Notes: generated by a model not told the origin, from the sequence alone. Shown: positions 1-11,324, counted from the first letter of the whole stretch. The stretch: 63,950 nt of DNA, filler included, from Armatimonadota bacterium (GCA_031400935.1; 4 parts of 4 records of this genome joined end to end with filler, not necessarily neighbours in it), one strand, 5' to 3'. Translations and numbers: made by a program.

Positions 1-1173
<1,173 letters not shown>

Positions 1174-1404
1174 AAATGTTTTGAACTCCTAAGAGTCTTT
1201 CGTTATTTTCGGCGACGTTCTTTCAGGTGAGCACCTGATCTGCCCCATCGAATTTTTAAGGTTCGTAGGAACAGCCGTCTGAGCTTTTTGGCTAATTTTT
1301 GCTCAAGGGTAGGATATTGACTTCTCAATATCCCCGCACACTGTCTTTGCCAATCTCTATGGAGCTTTCAAGGTTCGGCTATCCACAAGTGGACAGCAAT
1401 AAAG

Positions 1405-1434
1405 ATTATAGGCAGGTGGCCCTTGAAAAGTCAA
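1405..1434 (-). promoter_or_regulatory. sigma70-type rRNA promoter TTGACT-N18-TATAAT
   Basis: Near-consensus -35 (1434-1429) and perfect -10 (1410-1405), ~230 nt upstream of 16S. Confidence 0.8.
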
Positions 1435-1450
1435 GGGGGGTGCTTTGTAA

Positions 1451-1556
1451 AATGGGTGAGAAGTTGAATTGGGTGACCTGGGTGAACTTGTTGAAGCGAG
1501 GTCCTGATGAAGTCACTCAATTCATACATCACCCATTTCACCCAATTCATCTCATC
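1451..1556. repeat. Inverted pair of degenerate 9-mer tandem arrays (TTGGGTGAA / TTCACCCAA-like)
   Basis: aatgggtga..ttgggtgac ctgggtgaa cttgttgaa faces ..cacccattt cacccaatt catctcat. Confidence 0.65.
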
Positions 1557-2733
1557 AAGCCTTCCCTCCCCTCTCCAAAGCCCTCAAACGCATCTCAGCC
1601 TGTGGGGCGAACGCCCCCATCGGAAACGACGCCAAAACATGCCGATAGCCCTTTGCCGCCTGCTTGAAGTCAAAAAACTGATTTTCATAAATCAGAGACA
1701 TGCGAAAAACTGCCGCCTGGGCATCGTCTTCTGTTGGCTCATGGCGCAAAACCGCTTCAAGCAGTTTGATTCCTTGCGTGGCGTTTCCCGTCTCGCTCAG
1801 ACGCACTCCGACTGTGATCAGAGCGCCGTTTGAAACTTCCAGCCCCTGCCCCACAAATCCCATGAGGATCGTTCCTAAATCCATCAGAGGAATCTTGTCC
1901 AGCAGGTGAGTCATTTTTTGTCGCACCAGTTCGCGGCATTCCTCGCTGACAGAACCTGATTCCTTGACTTCCGCCATGTACCACTGAGCCAAAATTGCGT
2001 AATCATGCGGGTTCGTGTGCCAAAGTTTCTTCAATTCGTCTGGTGTCAACCCAGTCAAAACCGAAGTCTGTGAAATGATGGCCTTTGCATGGCTCACATC
2101 CCGTGCATCGCGCTTTGGACGAAAGAGGTAGCAAATCAAAAACCCTGCCCCCGCGCCGCCAAGATGCGCAAAATGCCCTACCTCGTCTCCCATAAAAGCA
2201 AAGCCCTGAACAAGATCCAGCCCTATATAGAGAACTGCGATCCAGCGCATGTGCCAAATCGCGATTCCAGCCTTAAAGAAGAACCAATAAAACAGCTCGA
2301 CGAGGCTGTATGGGAACATAAACAGAGCCATTCCCATAATTCCCATCGTGGCACCTGAAGCACCGATTCCATTTAGTTCTCCGGTTGAAAAGTTCGCAGC
2401 CCTTTGCAGAAAATCGCCAGCAAATCCAGCCACAAAATAGCCGATAAGGAACTTGAGCGTCTTCAACCGTCCTTCCACCGCAAAGCCAAAGAGGTAGAGG
2501 AACCACATGTTCCCAATGAGGTGGAACAGGTCGGCATGAAGAAAGATCGCCGAAATGGTTCGCGACCAGACAAATTCGTTGGGCAGCGAGCCATGATCTC
2601 GAACGATATGCTCGTGAATTTGCGCCCCATCACTTGTCAAAAAGAAGACAATGACATTGATGGCAATGAGAATTATTGTCGCCGCAGGCAGGCTCTCTGG
2701 AGGATTCTTTGCGCGAACCGGCAAATACAGCAC
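1555..2733 (-). CDS. Rhomboid intramembrane serine protease with C-terminal TPR-like domain
   Basis: HADLFHLIGNMWFL, GASG catalytic Ser, AHLGG catalytic His, helical TPR-like tail. Confidence 0.9.
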   Translation of the reverse strand: MLYLPVRAKNPPESLPAATIILIAINVIVFFLTSDGAQIHEHIVRDHGSLPNEFVWSRTISAIFLHADLFHLIGNMWFLYLFGFAVEGRLKTLKFLIGYFVAGFAGDFLQRAANFSTGELNGIGASGATMGIMGMALFMFPYSLVELFYWFFFKAGIAIWHMRWIAVLYIGLDLVQGFAFMGDEVGHFAHLGGAGAGFLICYLFRPKRDARDVSHAKAIISQTSVLTGLTPDELKKLWHTNPHDYAILAQWYMAEVKESGSVSEECRELVRQKMTHLLDKIPLMDLGTILMGFVGQGLEVSNGALITVGVRLSETGNATQGIKLLEAVLRHEPTEDDAQAAVFRMSLIYENQFFDFKQAAKGYRHVLASFPMGAFAPQAEMRLRALERGGKA

Positions 2734-2826
2734 CTACAGTATTTCGCCCACAATGGGTCAAACTCCTTGCGTCGTTCGTCGTTTTGCTGAAAGGATTTGG
2801 GAAATCGTTCAGAACTGGTGCTTTCA

Positions 2827-2872
2827 GCAGGCAAAAGCCTGCGATCCAGATGCAGACTGAAGTCTGCGTTCC
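2827..2872. repeat. Two tandem REP-like palindromes (GGAxCGCAGxCTTxxGxCTGC on minus strand)
   Basis: gcaggc-aaaa-gcctgc-gatcc (2827-2847) and gcagac-tgaa-gtctgc-gttcc (2852-2872). Confidence 0.55.
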
Positions 2873-2914
2873 TTTCTGATGACCTTCCATATCTTGGCCA
2901 AATAGGATGCCTTT

Positions 2915-5134
2915 TTGATTCGAATTCTATTCACCGCTTCTATATTCGTCGGCTCCTTTTTGCTGTTTTTCATTCAGCCGATGGTGGCAAAAATGGTGCT
3001 CCCCAACTTTGGCGGGACTCCAGCCGTATGGAATACGAGCCTTGTCTTTTTTCAAGCTGCGCTGCTGGCTGGATATGCCTACGCCCACTTCGTTCCAAAA
3101 TGGATTGGAACCCGGAATCAAGCAATCCTCCACGTAGTTCTTCTAGCGGTCGGGGTTCTCTTTTTACCTTTTGCGGTGCCACAGGGCTTTAATCCATCGG
3201 CAACTTCGATGCCGGAATGGGCAGACCTTCTAAAGTTCTTGACTCTTACGATTGGGCTTCCCTACTTCTTGATCGCTGCTGGCGCGCCGATGCTTCAGAA
3301 GTGGTTTTCAAAGAGCGACGACCCTGCCGCCAAAGACCCCTATTTCCTCTATGCTGCCAGCAATATAGGTTCTCTGCTCGCACTTCTCGCCTATCCGATC
3401 TACTTTGAACGCGAGTTTGCCTTAGGAATCCAGGCTGACATCTGGAAATTTAGCTATTTCGGGTTGATTGCATTGCTGCTTGTCTGTGCACTCTCCGGTT
3501 TTAGAAATCTGAAGTCCCCAGTATCCGACGACGAACAACTAACAACCAATAACCAAAAACCAACAACTAAAACCTTTGACTGGAACCAAAAACTCCGCTG
3601 GATCTTGCTTGCGGCAGTTCCTTCAAGCCTTCTAATCGGCGTGACAAATTACTTGACGACCAATATCGCCGCAATCCCGCTGCTCTGGGTGATTCCGCTA
3701 GCTCTGTACTTATTAACCTATGTTCTTGCTTTCCGGTCAAAACCTTTCGCGAGTTCAATTTCATTAGGAAGATGGACTGCGTTGCTTCTTGCTCCACTTT
3801 CGGTGATCATGGTTTTGGAAGCTACCGAGCCGTTCATCATGCTCGCGGCTATCCATCTGCTCGTTTTCGTCTTGGGCTCGCTGGCATGCCATTCAGAACT
3901 TTCTGAAACACGCCCCGATGCTACTCACTTAACGGAATTCTATCTTTGGATTTCGGTCGGCGGAGTTGTGGGCGGAATCTTTTCGGCGCTTGTTGCTCCC
4001 GCAGTCTTTCAGAGCCTAGCTGAATATCCCATTGCTCTTGCTTTTCTGGCTGCGTTGAGCTGGAAACCTGGCAGTGACGGTTGGACGAAGAAGGATTGGC
4101 TTTGGGTGACTGGGATTGCCGGTTCGGTCTTTGCGCTTTTCTATGCTTCGCAACTGATGAAATTGCCGGCAAATCAGCTCCGAACCGGAATCACGATGGG
4201 TGTTCCAGCCGTACTTTGCTTCCTCCAGATTGATCGCCCACTTCGATACGCTGCTTCGCTTGGCGTCTTCTTCTTCCTTGCGGGATTTCTAGGACTTTCA
4301 ACTGGAGGAAAGCTCATATTTGCGGAGCGTAGCTTCTTTGGCGTTCACCGAATCGTTGAACCCGACGGGACAACTTTTCGACAATTGACGCACGGAAACA
4401 CCATTCATGGCAGGCAGAATCTGAACCCAAAATTCAATGGAATTCCGCTCACCTATTATCATCCGACAGGGCCGATTGGCGAAGTGATGACTCGAATGTT
4501 TGGCGAAGAACAGCCCGCTGAAGTTGGTCTGGTTGGACTTGGAGTCGGATCGCTGGCGGCATACGCAAAGTCCGAACAGCACTTCACATATTTTGAAATT
4601 GATCCAGTTGTCATAAAAATCGCCCGAGACCCAAAGCTTTTTACTTTCCTTTCGGATTGCAATGGAAAGCTTGACATCGTCGAGGGCGATGCGCGGATAT
4701 CTTTGGTCGCTGAAAAAGACTTGTCATTTGATCTTTTGGTTCTCGATGCGTTCAGTTCCGACTCGATTCCAGTCCATTTGCTGACTCTTGAGGCCATTGA
4801 CCTCTATCTCAAAAAGCTGAAGCCAAACGGGATCTTGGCGTTTCATATTTCGAATCGGTATCTCAGTCTTGCTCCCATTTTGGCAGGTTCGGCAGAAGCT
4901 AGGAAATTGTCAGTTCGCTATTGGGACGACACAACGGTTTCTGATGCTCTGCTTGCCGAAGGAAAGACTCCATCCCAATGGTTCCTGATGGCTCGGAATG
5001 AAAGCGATTTCAAGGCAACCGACCACTTTCTGCCTTGGAGTAAGCTAAATGAAATTCCAAAAAAGCGACCATGGACAGATGCCAGATCGAATCTGTTGGA
5101 AGCCTGGATAACAATTGATGACCTAGGCGGATGA
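2915..5134 (+). CDS. Fused membrane domain / spermidine synthase-like SAM-dependent transferase
   Basis: Many TM helices, then VGLGVGSLA, FEIDPVVI, GDAR, LDAFSSDSIPVHLLT. Confidence 0.88.
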   Translation: MIRILFTASIFVGSFLLFFIQPMVAKMVLPNFGGTPAVWNTSLVFFQAALLAGYAYAHFVPKWIGTRNQAILHVVLLAVGVLFLPFAVPQGFNPSATSMPEWADLLKFLTLTIGLPYFLIAAGAPMLQKWFSKSDDPAAKDPYFLYAASNIGSLLALLAYPIYFEREFALGIQADIWKFSYFGLIALLLVCALSGFRNLKSPVSDDEQLTTNNQKPTTKTFDWNQKLRWILLAAVPSSLLIGVTNYLTTNIAAIPLLWVIPLALYLLTYVLAFRSKPFASSISLGRWTALLLAPLSVIMVLEATEPFIMLAAIHLLVFVLGSLACHSELSETRPDATHLTEFYLWISVGGVVGGIFSALVAPAVFQSLAEYPIALAFLAALSWKPGSDGWTKKDWLWVTGIAGSVFALFYASQLMKLPANQLRTGITMGVPAVLCFLQIDRPLRYAASLGVFFFLAGFLGLSTGGKLIFAERSFFGVHRIVEPDGTTFRQLTHGNTIHGRQNLNPKFNGIPLTYYHPTGPIGEVMTRMFGEEQPAEVGLVGLGVGSLAAYAKSEQHFTYFEIDPVVIKIARDPKLFTFLSDCNGKLDIVEGDARISLVAEKDLSFDLLVLDAFSSDSIPVHLLTLEAIDLYLKKLKPNGILAFHISNRYLSLAPILAGSAEARKLSVRYWDDTTVSDALLAEGKTPSQWFLMARNESDFKATDHFLPWSKLNEIPKKRPWTDARSNLLEAWITIDDLGG

Positions 5135-5135
5135 G

Positions 5136-5693
5136 CTACTGAAATGCCTTTACCACAGCCAAAACTTCTCGAAACTTATCATGCTCAGCTGACCTCAGCC
5201 ATTCATAAACCACAGATTCCGAATGAGCAATGACCGCCCCCGCTGAGCGCAACCTTTCCAACCCGATTTCATGCCGATCTTGGGTTCGAGAACTAACTGC
5301 ATCAGCGCAAATGATCACTTCATGCCCTAAATCCAGAAGTTCATGGGTCGTTTGAGAAACGCAAATGTGCGTTTCAATGCCAACCAAAACCACCTGAATC
5401 GGAGTCGAGGAACCTAAGTGCCGCCGAAAAAGATCGCACCCTGAGCAGCTAAAGGTCATCTTGTCGGCAGGCGGTTCAGATAGAAAAGGCAGAATGGATT
5501 CTGCGCTGCCTCCCATCCTTTCGCGATTTTGTTCTGTCGCAATAATAGTTCCACCAAGAATGCTCGCAGATTCAACTAAGAACTCAATTCGTTTCAGCAC
5601 ACGCTCGGAATCGTAGACTCCGGACATGAATTTCGGTTGAACGTCCACCGCCAATATCACGCTCTTATGTAAGTCAGCAAACGTTCTTGGCAT
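5136..5693 (-). CDS. Isochorismatase-family cysteine hydrolase
   Basis: LAVDVQ, K-x-x-FSC, GIETHICVSQT. Confidence 0.9.
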   Translation of the reverse strand: MPRTFADLHKSVILAVDVQPKFMSGVYDSERVLKRIEFLVESASILGGTIIATEQNRERMGGSAESILPFLSEPPADKMTFSCSGCDLFRRHLGSSTPIQVVLVGIETHICVSQTTHELLDLGHEVIICADAVSSRTQDRHEIGLERLRSAGAVIAHSESVVYEWLRSAEHDKFREVLAVVKAFQ

Positions 5694-5803
5694 AGCTCAA
5701 TTATGGAAGCGCATTGACGTTTGTTGTTGAAAACCTGTAAAATGGGTGTAGCTCAAGGAATGAGTGGAATTTGGCTCTATTCCTGACTATGGAGGTCATG
5801 AAC

Positions 5804-6316
5804 ATGAACAATTGGAAAATGGCAGGAATTGCTGCCGGTATTTTAGCTGTGTCGGGCTCGGCGGTTGCGCAAAGCACTTTCGATCCAACACCTTACAATT
5901 TCAGCTTTCGTATTGGCGGCTCGCTACCTCAAGATGGGGCAGTTCGCGGCGCAAAGGATTTCTGGAATGCAATCGGCGTTGATTATAACTTCGCTACTTC
6001 GGCATTGAAAACCGGAAACGGATTCGTTTCTCTCGATGTATCTTCTACAGAGTTTTTGGGTGAAGGCGACGCGATTTGGTCAATGATGCTCGCAAATCGG
6101 TTTGCTTCAAACACCGAAGAAGGTCCATATTTTGTAGCTGGACTAGGCGCGTTGTTTACAAATTTTGTTGAGAACAAGACAACTTTTGGAGCGATGATTG
6201 GCGGCGGACTTCGTTTCGGCCAGTCCGTTTTTATTGAGGGGCGATACACCTATGGTCGAAAGATTGATGGATTTGATCCCAGTACGATCGGCGTCTTTGT
6301 AGGCTATCGCTTCTAG
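5804..6316 (+). CDS. Outer-membrane beta-barrel protein
   Basis: GGAGG RBS, signal peptide, alternating beta strands, C-terminal VGYRF. Confidence 0.8.
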   Translation: MNNWKMAGIAAGILAVSGSAVAQSTFDPTPYNFSFRIGGSLPQDGAVRGAKDFWNAIGVDYNFATSALKTGNGFVSLDVSSTEFLGEGDAIWSMMLANRFASNTEEGPYFVAGLGALFTNFVENKTTFGAMIGGGLRFGQSVFIEGRYTYGRKIDGFDPSTIGVFVGYRF

Positions 6317-6334
6317 TATCGAAGCACACTTTGG

Positions 6335-6365
6335 AAACGACTCCGAATTTCCGGAGTCGTTTTTT
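6335..6365 (+). terminator. Intrinsic terminator
   Basis: aaacgactccg-aatttc-cggagtcgttt followed by T-tract. Confidence 0.85.
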
Positions 6366-6372
6366 GTTGTTG

Positions 6373-6512
6373 GTTGTCGGTTTTCAGTTATCGGTTATCA
6401 GTTGGCAACTTCGGGTACAAGCTGATATTCGATTCAATGAATATCGGATTGGCTCGGACAAAGCGAGCCTAAGACTACCGAAACTGACAACCGATAACTG
6501 AAAACCGACAAC
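6373..6512. repeat. 31-bp near-perfect inverted repeat built of heptamers (MITE/STRR-like)
   Basis: 6373-6403 vs reverse complement of 6482-6512: one mismatch; two internal hairpins. Confidence 0.8.
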
Positions 6513-6547
6513 TTACAACCCAAATCCAAAACCCACATTCCACAATT

Positions 6548-7114
6548 TCAGACCCCCTGGGCTACCAAAATCGCTTCTGCAACTTCTCTCATTGACTTTC
6601 GCAAGTTCATTGATTGCTGCTGAATCCGGCGATATGCTTCTGCCTCGTCAATGTTGTGAAGACTCATGAGAACGCCTTTTGCCCGATCAACGGCTTTACG
6701 AACTTCTAGCCTTTCAGTGACAGATTCAAGTTCTTTGCTAATTGCAATATGCTGCTCAAATCGGCTGCGGGCGACTTCAATTGCTGGAGGCAAATCGCTT
6801 GGCTTAAATGGCTTCACAAGGTAGGCAAACACCCCGGCATCCCTAGCCCTTTCAACGAGTTCGCGATCACTATAAGCCGTGAGCAAAATTGCCGGTGCCA
6901 ATTGTTCCTTAGAAAGAATCGAAACGGCCTCGATTCCATCCATCACGGGCATTTTTACATCAAAAATGCAGACATCTGGGTTTGTTTCGCGCGCCAATTG
7001 AACTGCTTCTTGGCCGTCTGATGCCTCGCCCACCACCACGTAGCCATGGTTCTCTAACATTTGGCGTAGGTCAAGTCGAATGATCGGTTCGTCGTCTGCT
7101 ATGAGTACTTTCAT
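6548..7114 (-). CDS. Response regulator, REC + ANTAR (PdtaR/EutV-like)
   Basis: IADDEP, DVKMPVMDG, C-terminal VDRAKGVLM...EAEAYRRIQQQSMN ANTAR. Confidence 0.93.
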   Translation of the reverse strand: MKVLIADDEPIIRLDLRQMLENHGYVVVGEASDGQEAVQLARETNPDVCIFDVKMPVMDGIEAVSILSKEQLAPAILLTAYSDRELVERARDAGVFAYLVKPFKPSDLPPAIEVARSRFEQHIAISKELESVTERLEVRKAVDRAKGVLMSLHNIDEAEAYRRIQQQSMNLRKSMREVAEAILVAQGV

Positions 7115-7154
7115 TGTTTTGGTCAGGTTCTATTTTACAGGGAGTTCGGGGTGC

Positions 7155-7334
7155 GTTGTCAGTTATCCGTTGTCAGTTGGTAGTTGGCAGTAGGCAGTTG
7201 GCAGTTGGCAGTTGGCAGTTGTTGGACAGGTAGGACATGGTGGACGATTCGGACTCCTGGGACTGTACACTCACAACCAATAACCAATAACCAACAACAA
7301 AGAACAAATAACCAGTCGCCAACAACAGACAACC
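7155..7334. repeat. Heptamer arrays (CAGTTGG)n / (AACCAAT)n in inverted arrangement with central 9-mer GGAC repeats
   Basis: gcagttg repeated ~6x; ggac spaced every 9 nt at 7224-7263; aaccaat/aaccaac array from 7275. Confidence 0.8.
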
Positions 7335-7361
7335 GCGAGCCATCTCGCGCATACTTTTAGG

Positions 7362-8264
7362 ATGCTACGGACAGTTGCTACCCTGATGGATTCTGCTATA
7401 GATTTTGCGGGTTTGTTTCCACCTGCAAAAATGCAAATGACCGATGCTATCGAAGAATATTTGAATCTAATCAACGGTACCGAAAATTGGATCGTAAACC
7501 GGTTTGTTTGTCCTGCGACTCGACTCGACGAGTTAGGAAAAATGTTGTCAACGCGAAATAATACTGAGGCAATCAACCTTGCAGTGGTGAGTCAAGGTGG
7601 GCTGACACTCGACACATTCGAGACAATCCTTGAATCAGATGCGAAACTCATGAATGCATTTTCAATTGAATTTGGTCAAATCGCAACGATTGAAGCCCTC
7701 GAACTCAAGGTTCCTACAGATGACCAATTACCTAAGGCCCTGAAAGATTTAGGTTCGTTTTCACATATTGATGTGTTTGCCGAATTGCCAACGGATCAAA
7801 GCGGATTCGACGGTTTGGCAGAAGTCGCTGCCACCGAATGGATTGGGGCAAAGGGCAGATCGGGTGGAATTGAGCCTGCAATGGTGCCAACCTCGATGCT
7901 ACTCGCCGGATTCCTAAAGACCTGTCTCGACCTTCAATTGCGGTTCAAATTAACTGCGGGTTTGCATGAGCCTGTTCGACACTTTGACAAGGCCGTTGGA
8001 ACAGATGTTCACGGATTTGGAAATGTGATTGGAGCCTGTCTTTTCCATTCTGCTTTTGACCTTTCCACTTCCGAAATCGCAGAAATCCTCGAGCGCAGCG
8101 AATTGTCTTGGTTCGAAGTCAGCGATGATAGGATACGAATCCAAAATCAAGATTTTTCGATTGACGATCTAGAAGAATTTCGTGGCGATTTTGAAGGGTT
8201 TGGTTCCTGCTCGATTCAAGAACCACTTGAAGGCATGGCTAAATTAGGTTGGTTAAGAGACTAG
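7362..8264 (+). CDS. Conserved hypothetical protein of the type found next to fahA
   Basis: IDFAGLFPPA, FKLTAGLHEP, HGFGN, FGSCSI-EP motifs. Confidence 0.75.
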   Translation: MLRTVATLMDSAIDFAGLFPPAKMQMTDAIEEYLNLINGTENWIVNRFVCPATRLDELGKMLSTRNNTEAINLAVVSQGGLTLDTFETILESDAKLMNAFSIEFGQIATIEALELKVPTDDQLPKALKDLGSFSHIDVFAELPTDQSGFDGLAEVAATEWIGAKGRSGGIEPAMVPTSMLLAGFLKTCLDLQLRFKLTAGLHEPVRHFDKAVGTDVHGFGNVIGACLFHSAFDLSTSEIAEILERSELSWFEVSDDRIRIQNQDFSIDDLEEFRGDFEGFGSCSIQEPLEGMAKLGWLRD

Positions 8265-8267
8265 ATT

Positions 8268-9542
8268 ATGAGATTTGTAGTTCCAAGCGACGCAGTTTCC
8301 TGGGTTGATTACCCTGAAGATTCGCCCTTTCCCATTCAGAACATCCCGTTCGGCGTTTATTGGTCGGAGGAGTTAGCCGGTCCTCGGCCTTGCACAGCCA
8401 TCGGGGAATATGGCGTGGACTTGCTCCTTTTGGCAAACTCCGGGTTGTTTGACTATCCGGATTCTGACTCAAACACAGCGAACCTTGATGGACTACTCAT
8501 GGCAGGCTCTGAAGCAATCTCCTTGCTTAGGAAACGACTTTATGAACTATTTGAAGAAGACAATTCAGAATTGCAAGATGACCAAGAATTGCAATCGCTG
8601 TCGTTTTTTGAGCTAGATCAAGCTCAAATGGCGCTTCCGTTTACGGTCAAGTCATTTGTTGATTTCTATTCAGGAATTCATCACGCTTCCAACGTTGGCA
8701 AAATGTTTCGCCCAGATCAGCCCCCGCTGTTGCCCAACTACCGCTGGATTCCAATTGGCTACAACGGACGTGCATCGAGTGTTGTAGTTTCACGTACAGA
8801 AATTGTTCGCCCCAAGGGTCAAACAAAAGGACCCAACGATGATGCACCCACTTTTGGCCCCACAAAGGAGATGGATTTCGAACTGGAAATGGGATTTGTC
8901 ACTTGTCGCGAAAACCCTTTGGGGCGAACAATTGCTATCGAAGCTGCCGAAGAATCAATCGCCGGGCTAGTAATCGTGAACGATTGGTCTGCAAGAGACA
9001 TTCAAAGGTGGGAGTACCAGCCTTTGGGGCCATTTCTGGCAAAGAGCTTCGCCACAACAATTAGCCCTTGGCTCGTGACTCTAGATGCATTAGAACCATT
9101 TCGGATAGAAGGCATGAAGCAGGAACCAGAACCACTTGCCAACCTCAAGACTTTCGGAAAGCCGCACTTTGATGTTCAGCTCGAAGTTTTGGTTCAAACA
9201 TCTAGGTCAACGAAGCCGCAAAGAATCTGTCAATCGAACATGAAAAATTTGTATTGGAGCCCAAGCCAGCAATTAGCGCATCAAGCTTCAAATGGAACAA
9301 ACATTCAAGTAGGAGATTTGTACGCCTCAGGAACGATAAGCGGTGAATCGGACGATTCTTGTGGCTCTATGCTCGAACTTTCGTGGCGAGGCCAAAGGCC
9401 AATCGAGATTCGAGAAACAGGCGAAGCGAGAACGTTTCTAGAAGACGGAGATATCGTATTCATGCGTGCATTCTGCCAAGGCAACGGATTCCAAATCGGC
9501 TTTGGGGAAGCGATTGGGCGAATTGTTGCTAGTTCATCGTAG
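8268..9542 (+). CDS. fahA: Fumarylacetoacetase
   Basis: FPIQNIPFG, DFYSGIHHA, DFELE, NDWSARDIQRWEYQPLGPF. Confidence 0.96.
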   Translation: MRFVVPSDAVSWVDYPEDSPFPIQNIPFGVYWSEELAGPRPCTAIGEYGVDLLLLANSGLFDYPDSDSNTANLDGLLMAGSEAISLLRKRLYELFEEDNSELQDDQELQSLSFFELDQAQMALPFTVKSFVDFYSGIHHASNVGKMFRPDQPPLLPNYRWIPIGYNGRASSVVVSRTEIVRPKGQTKGPNDDAPTFGPTKEMDFELEMGFVTCRENPLGRTIAIEAAEESIAGLVIVNDWSARDIQRWEYQPLGPFLAKSFATTISPWLVTLDALEPFRIEGMKQEPEPLANLKTFGKPHFDVQLEVLVQTSRSTKPQRICQSNMKNLYWSPSQQLAHQASNGTNIQVGDLYASGTISGESDDSCGSMLELSWRGQRPIEIRETGEARTFLEDGDIVFMRAFCQGNGFQIGFGEAIGRIVASSS

Positions 9543-9564
9543 AATGAGTTATGGAGGAGTCTCA

Positions 9565-10497
9565 ATGAAGGTTCTCTTAGCAACAGATGGATCCAAACAT
9601 GCCGAACTTGCAGACGCAATCGGCTCAAAAATTCCTCAATATCGAAACGCCGAATGGACGGTTGCAACCGTTGTGAGCCCAATGGGAGGGATGTTAATCG
9701 GCGTCGAACCGTTTGGCGCACCAATCATCACGGAAGACCTTCAACGCCTGTTTGAAGCTTCTTTAATAAGAGGCAAATTAGTACTCTCAGAAACTGTTCA
9801 TAGGCTCAATTCGAATGGAATTCGCGCAAAGTCTCAGCTCTTGGAAGGCGATCCTGTTTCGGAACTGTGCGCTTTTGCCGAGGAAGGCCAATTTGACGTC
9901 ATTCTGGTTGGCCACAGCGGCACTGGAGGACTAACAGGATTGCTTTTGGGAAGTGTTGCCAAGGCAATGGTTTCCAAGTGCTCATGCTCTGTTTTGGTTG
10001 CACGAACCTCTCCCGATGCAAGCGACGATACCGTTCGGGAAGCCATTTCGAAGCTAGACAATTTCTCGATTGGAATAGGATTCGATGGCTCAAACGGTGC
10101 CCAAGTTGCTCTCGAAACCGTTCGGGATCAAGGCGATTCAGCATTCAGCGAAACATTCGCTATTTGCGCTCATCCTATTGCAGTAGTTCCCGCTGGGATT
10201 GACGCTTCTGACCTTAGCGAATTGATTGGCGATGGAGGAGAGGCGGCAATCGAATGCGTCCGAAACGCGGAGGAGCAACTCAAAGGAGTTTCGGAAGTCG
10301 TTTCGGGCGGCACGGGACTTGGCAGTGCATCAGACGTACTTTGTGAATTTGCTCGTTCCAAAGCACTTGATCTCTTGGTTATAGGAGCCAATCGGCACGG
10401 CCTGTGGGAAAGGCTGTTGCTCGGCAGCACATCAATGGATGTTGTGAAGCATTCGCCGTGCTCTGTCTGGATCGTGCGCCCAGGACGGGATAGTTGA
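9565..10497 (+). CDS. Tandem universal stress protein
   Basis: Two USP domains (LLATDGS...LLGSVA; GFDGS...LLGSTS); GGAGGAG RBS. Confidence 0.92.
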   Translation: MKVLLATDGSKHAELADAIGSKIPQYRNAEWTVATVVSPMGGMLIGVEPFGAPIITEDLQRLFEASLIRGKLVLSETVHRLNSNGIRAKSQLLEGDPVSELCAFAEEGQFDVILVGHSGTGGLTGLLLGSVAKAMVSKCSCSVLVARTSPDASDDTVREAISKLDNFSIGIGFDGSNGAQVALETVRDQGDSAFSETFAICAHPIAVVPAGIDASDLSELIGDGGEAAIECVRNAEEQLKGVSEVVSGGTGLGSASDVLCEFARSKALDLLVIGANRHGLWERLLLGSTSMDVVKHSPCSVWIVRPGRDS

Positions 10498-10546
10498 TAA
10501 GGCCCAGCTTCTTGGGTCAGTATAAAAACGTCAATAGGTTTCAGAT

Positions 10547-11299
10547 ATGGCCAAAGAAAATGTGATTCAGACCACCTTCACTTTCGTTGGCGAATGCACG
10601 ATCATCCTTGCAGACGCCGTTCGTCGTCTGCATTCAAAACCTCGAGAAGCCAACGAAGTTCTAAGTCAAATGGCTTTCATCGGCGTCATGTCCGTGCCAA
10701 TAGTCGCACTAACAAATTTCTTTTCGGGTGCAGTCTTGTCACTCTATTCATCTGAGTTTCTGCTTCGATACCAAGCTGGCGGTTTGGTGGGAGCAACAGT
10801 TGGGTTGGCGGCGGCAAGGGAGATTGGGCCCGTGTTGGCCGGAATCATGGTTGCCGCTCGGTGCGGCTCTGCAATGGCGGCACAAATAGGAACGATGTCT
10901 GTAACAGAGCAGCTCGATGCTCTTCGAATGCTCTCCGTGCCCCCAACAAACTATTTGGTGATTCCAAGAATTGTTGCGGCTGTCGTCATGCTTCCAATTT
11001 TGGCGTTAGTTGGAATGTATTCAGGCATTTTTGGAGGCTGGATGGCGGCGATTTCGCAAGGCGTTTCCAGCGGTACTTTCATACAATCCATTCAGCAATA
11101 TGTGGTTCCGTGGGATTTTGTTGGCGGGCTGATAAAGGCCCCGGTTTTTGGCCTCATTATCGCGGTTGTAGCTTGCCAACAGGGAATGAGGACTTCTGAG
11201 GGGGCCGTTGGAGTCGGAAAGGCTACGACAAACACGGTTGTGATTTCGATGGTCCTGATTTATGCCGCGAATTACATTCTAGCTGAGCTTCTTTACTGA
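10547..11299 (+). CDS. mlaE: MlaE-family ABC permease
   Basis: REIGPVLAGIMVAARCGSAMAAQIGTM..TEQLDAL, GAVGVGKATT. Confidence 0.92.
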   Translation: MAKENVIQTTFTFVGECTIILADAVRRLHSKPREANEVLSQMAFIGVMSVPIVALTNFFSGAVLSLYSSEFLLRYQAGGLVGATVGLAAAREIGPVLAGIMVAARCGSAMAAQIGTMSVTEQLDALRMLSVPPTNYLVIPRIVAAVVMLPILALVGMYSGIFGGWMAAISQGVSSGTFIQSIQQYVVPWDFVGGLIKAPVFGLIIAVVACQQGMRTSEGAVGVGKATTNTVVISMVLIYAANYILAELLY

Positions 11300-11324
11300 T
11301 TAGTTTGAACTCAAATTATAGCTT

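Noticed and set aside
6424..6469. Twin hairpins next to the ANTAR regulator as a possible ANTAR target
   Set aside because: Loops are 7-8 nt rather than the hexaloops of ANTAR motifs, and they lie downstream of both genes.
7155..7334. Possible CRISPR array
   Set aside because: Units are 7-9 nt with no unique spacers, and there are no cas genes.
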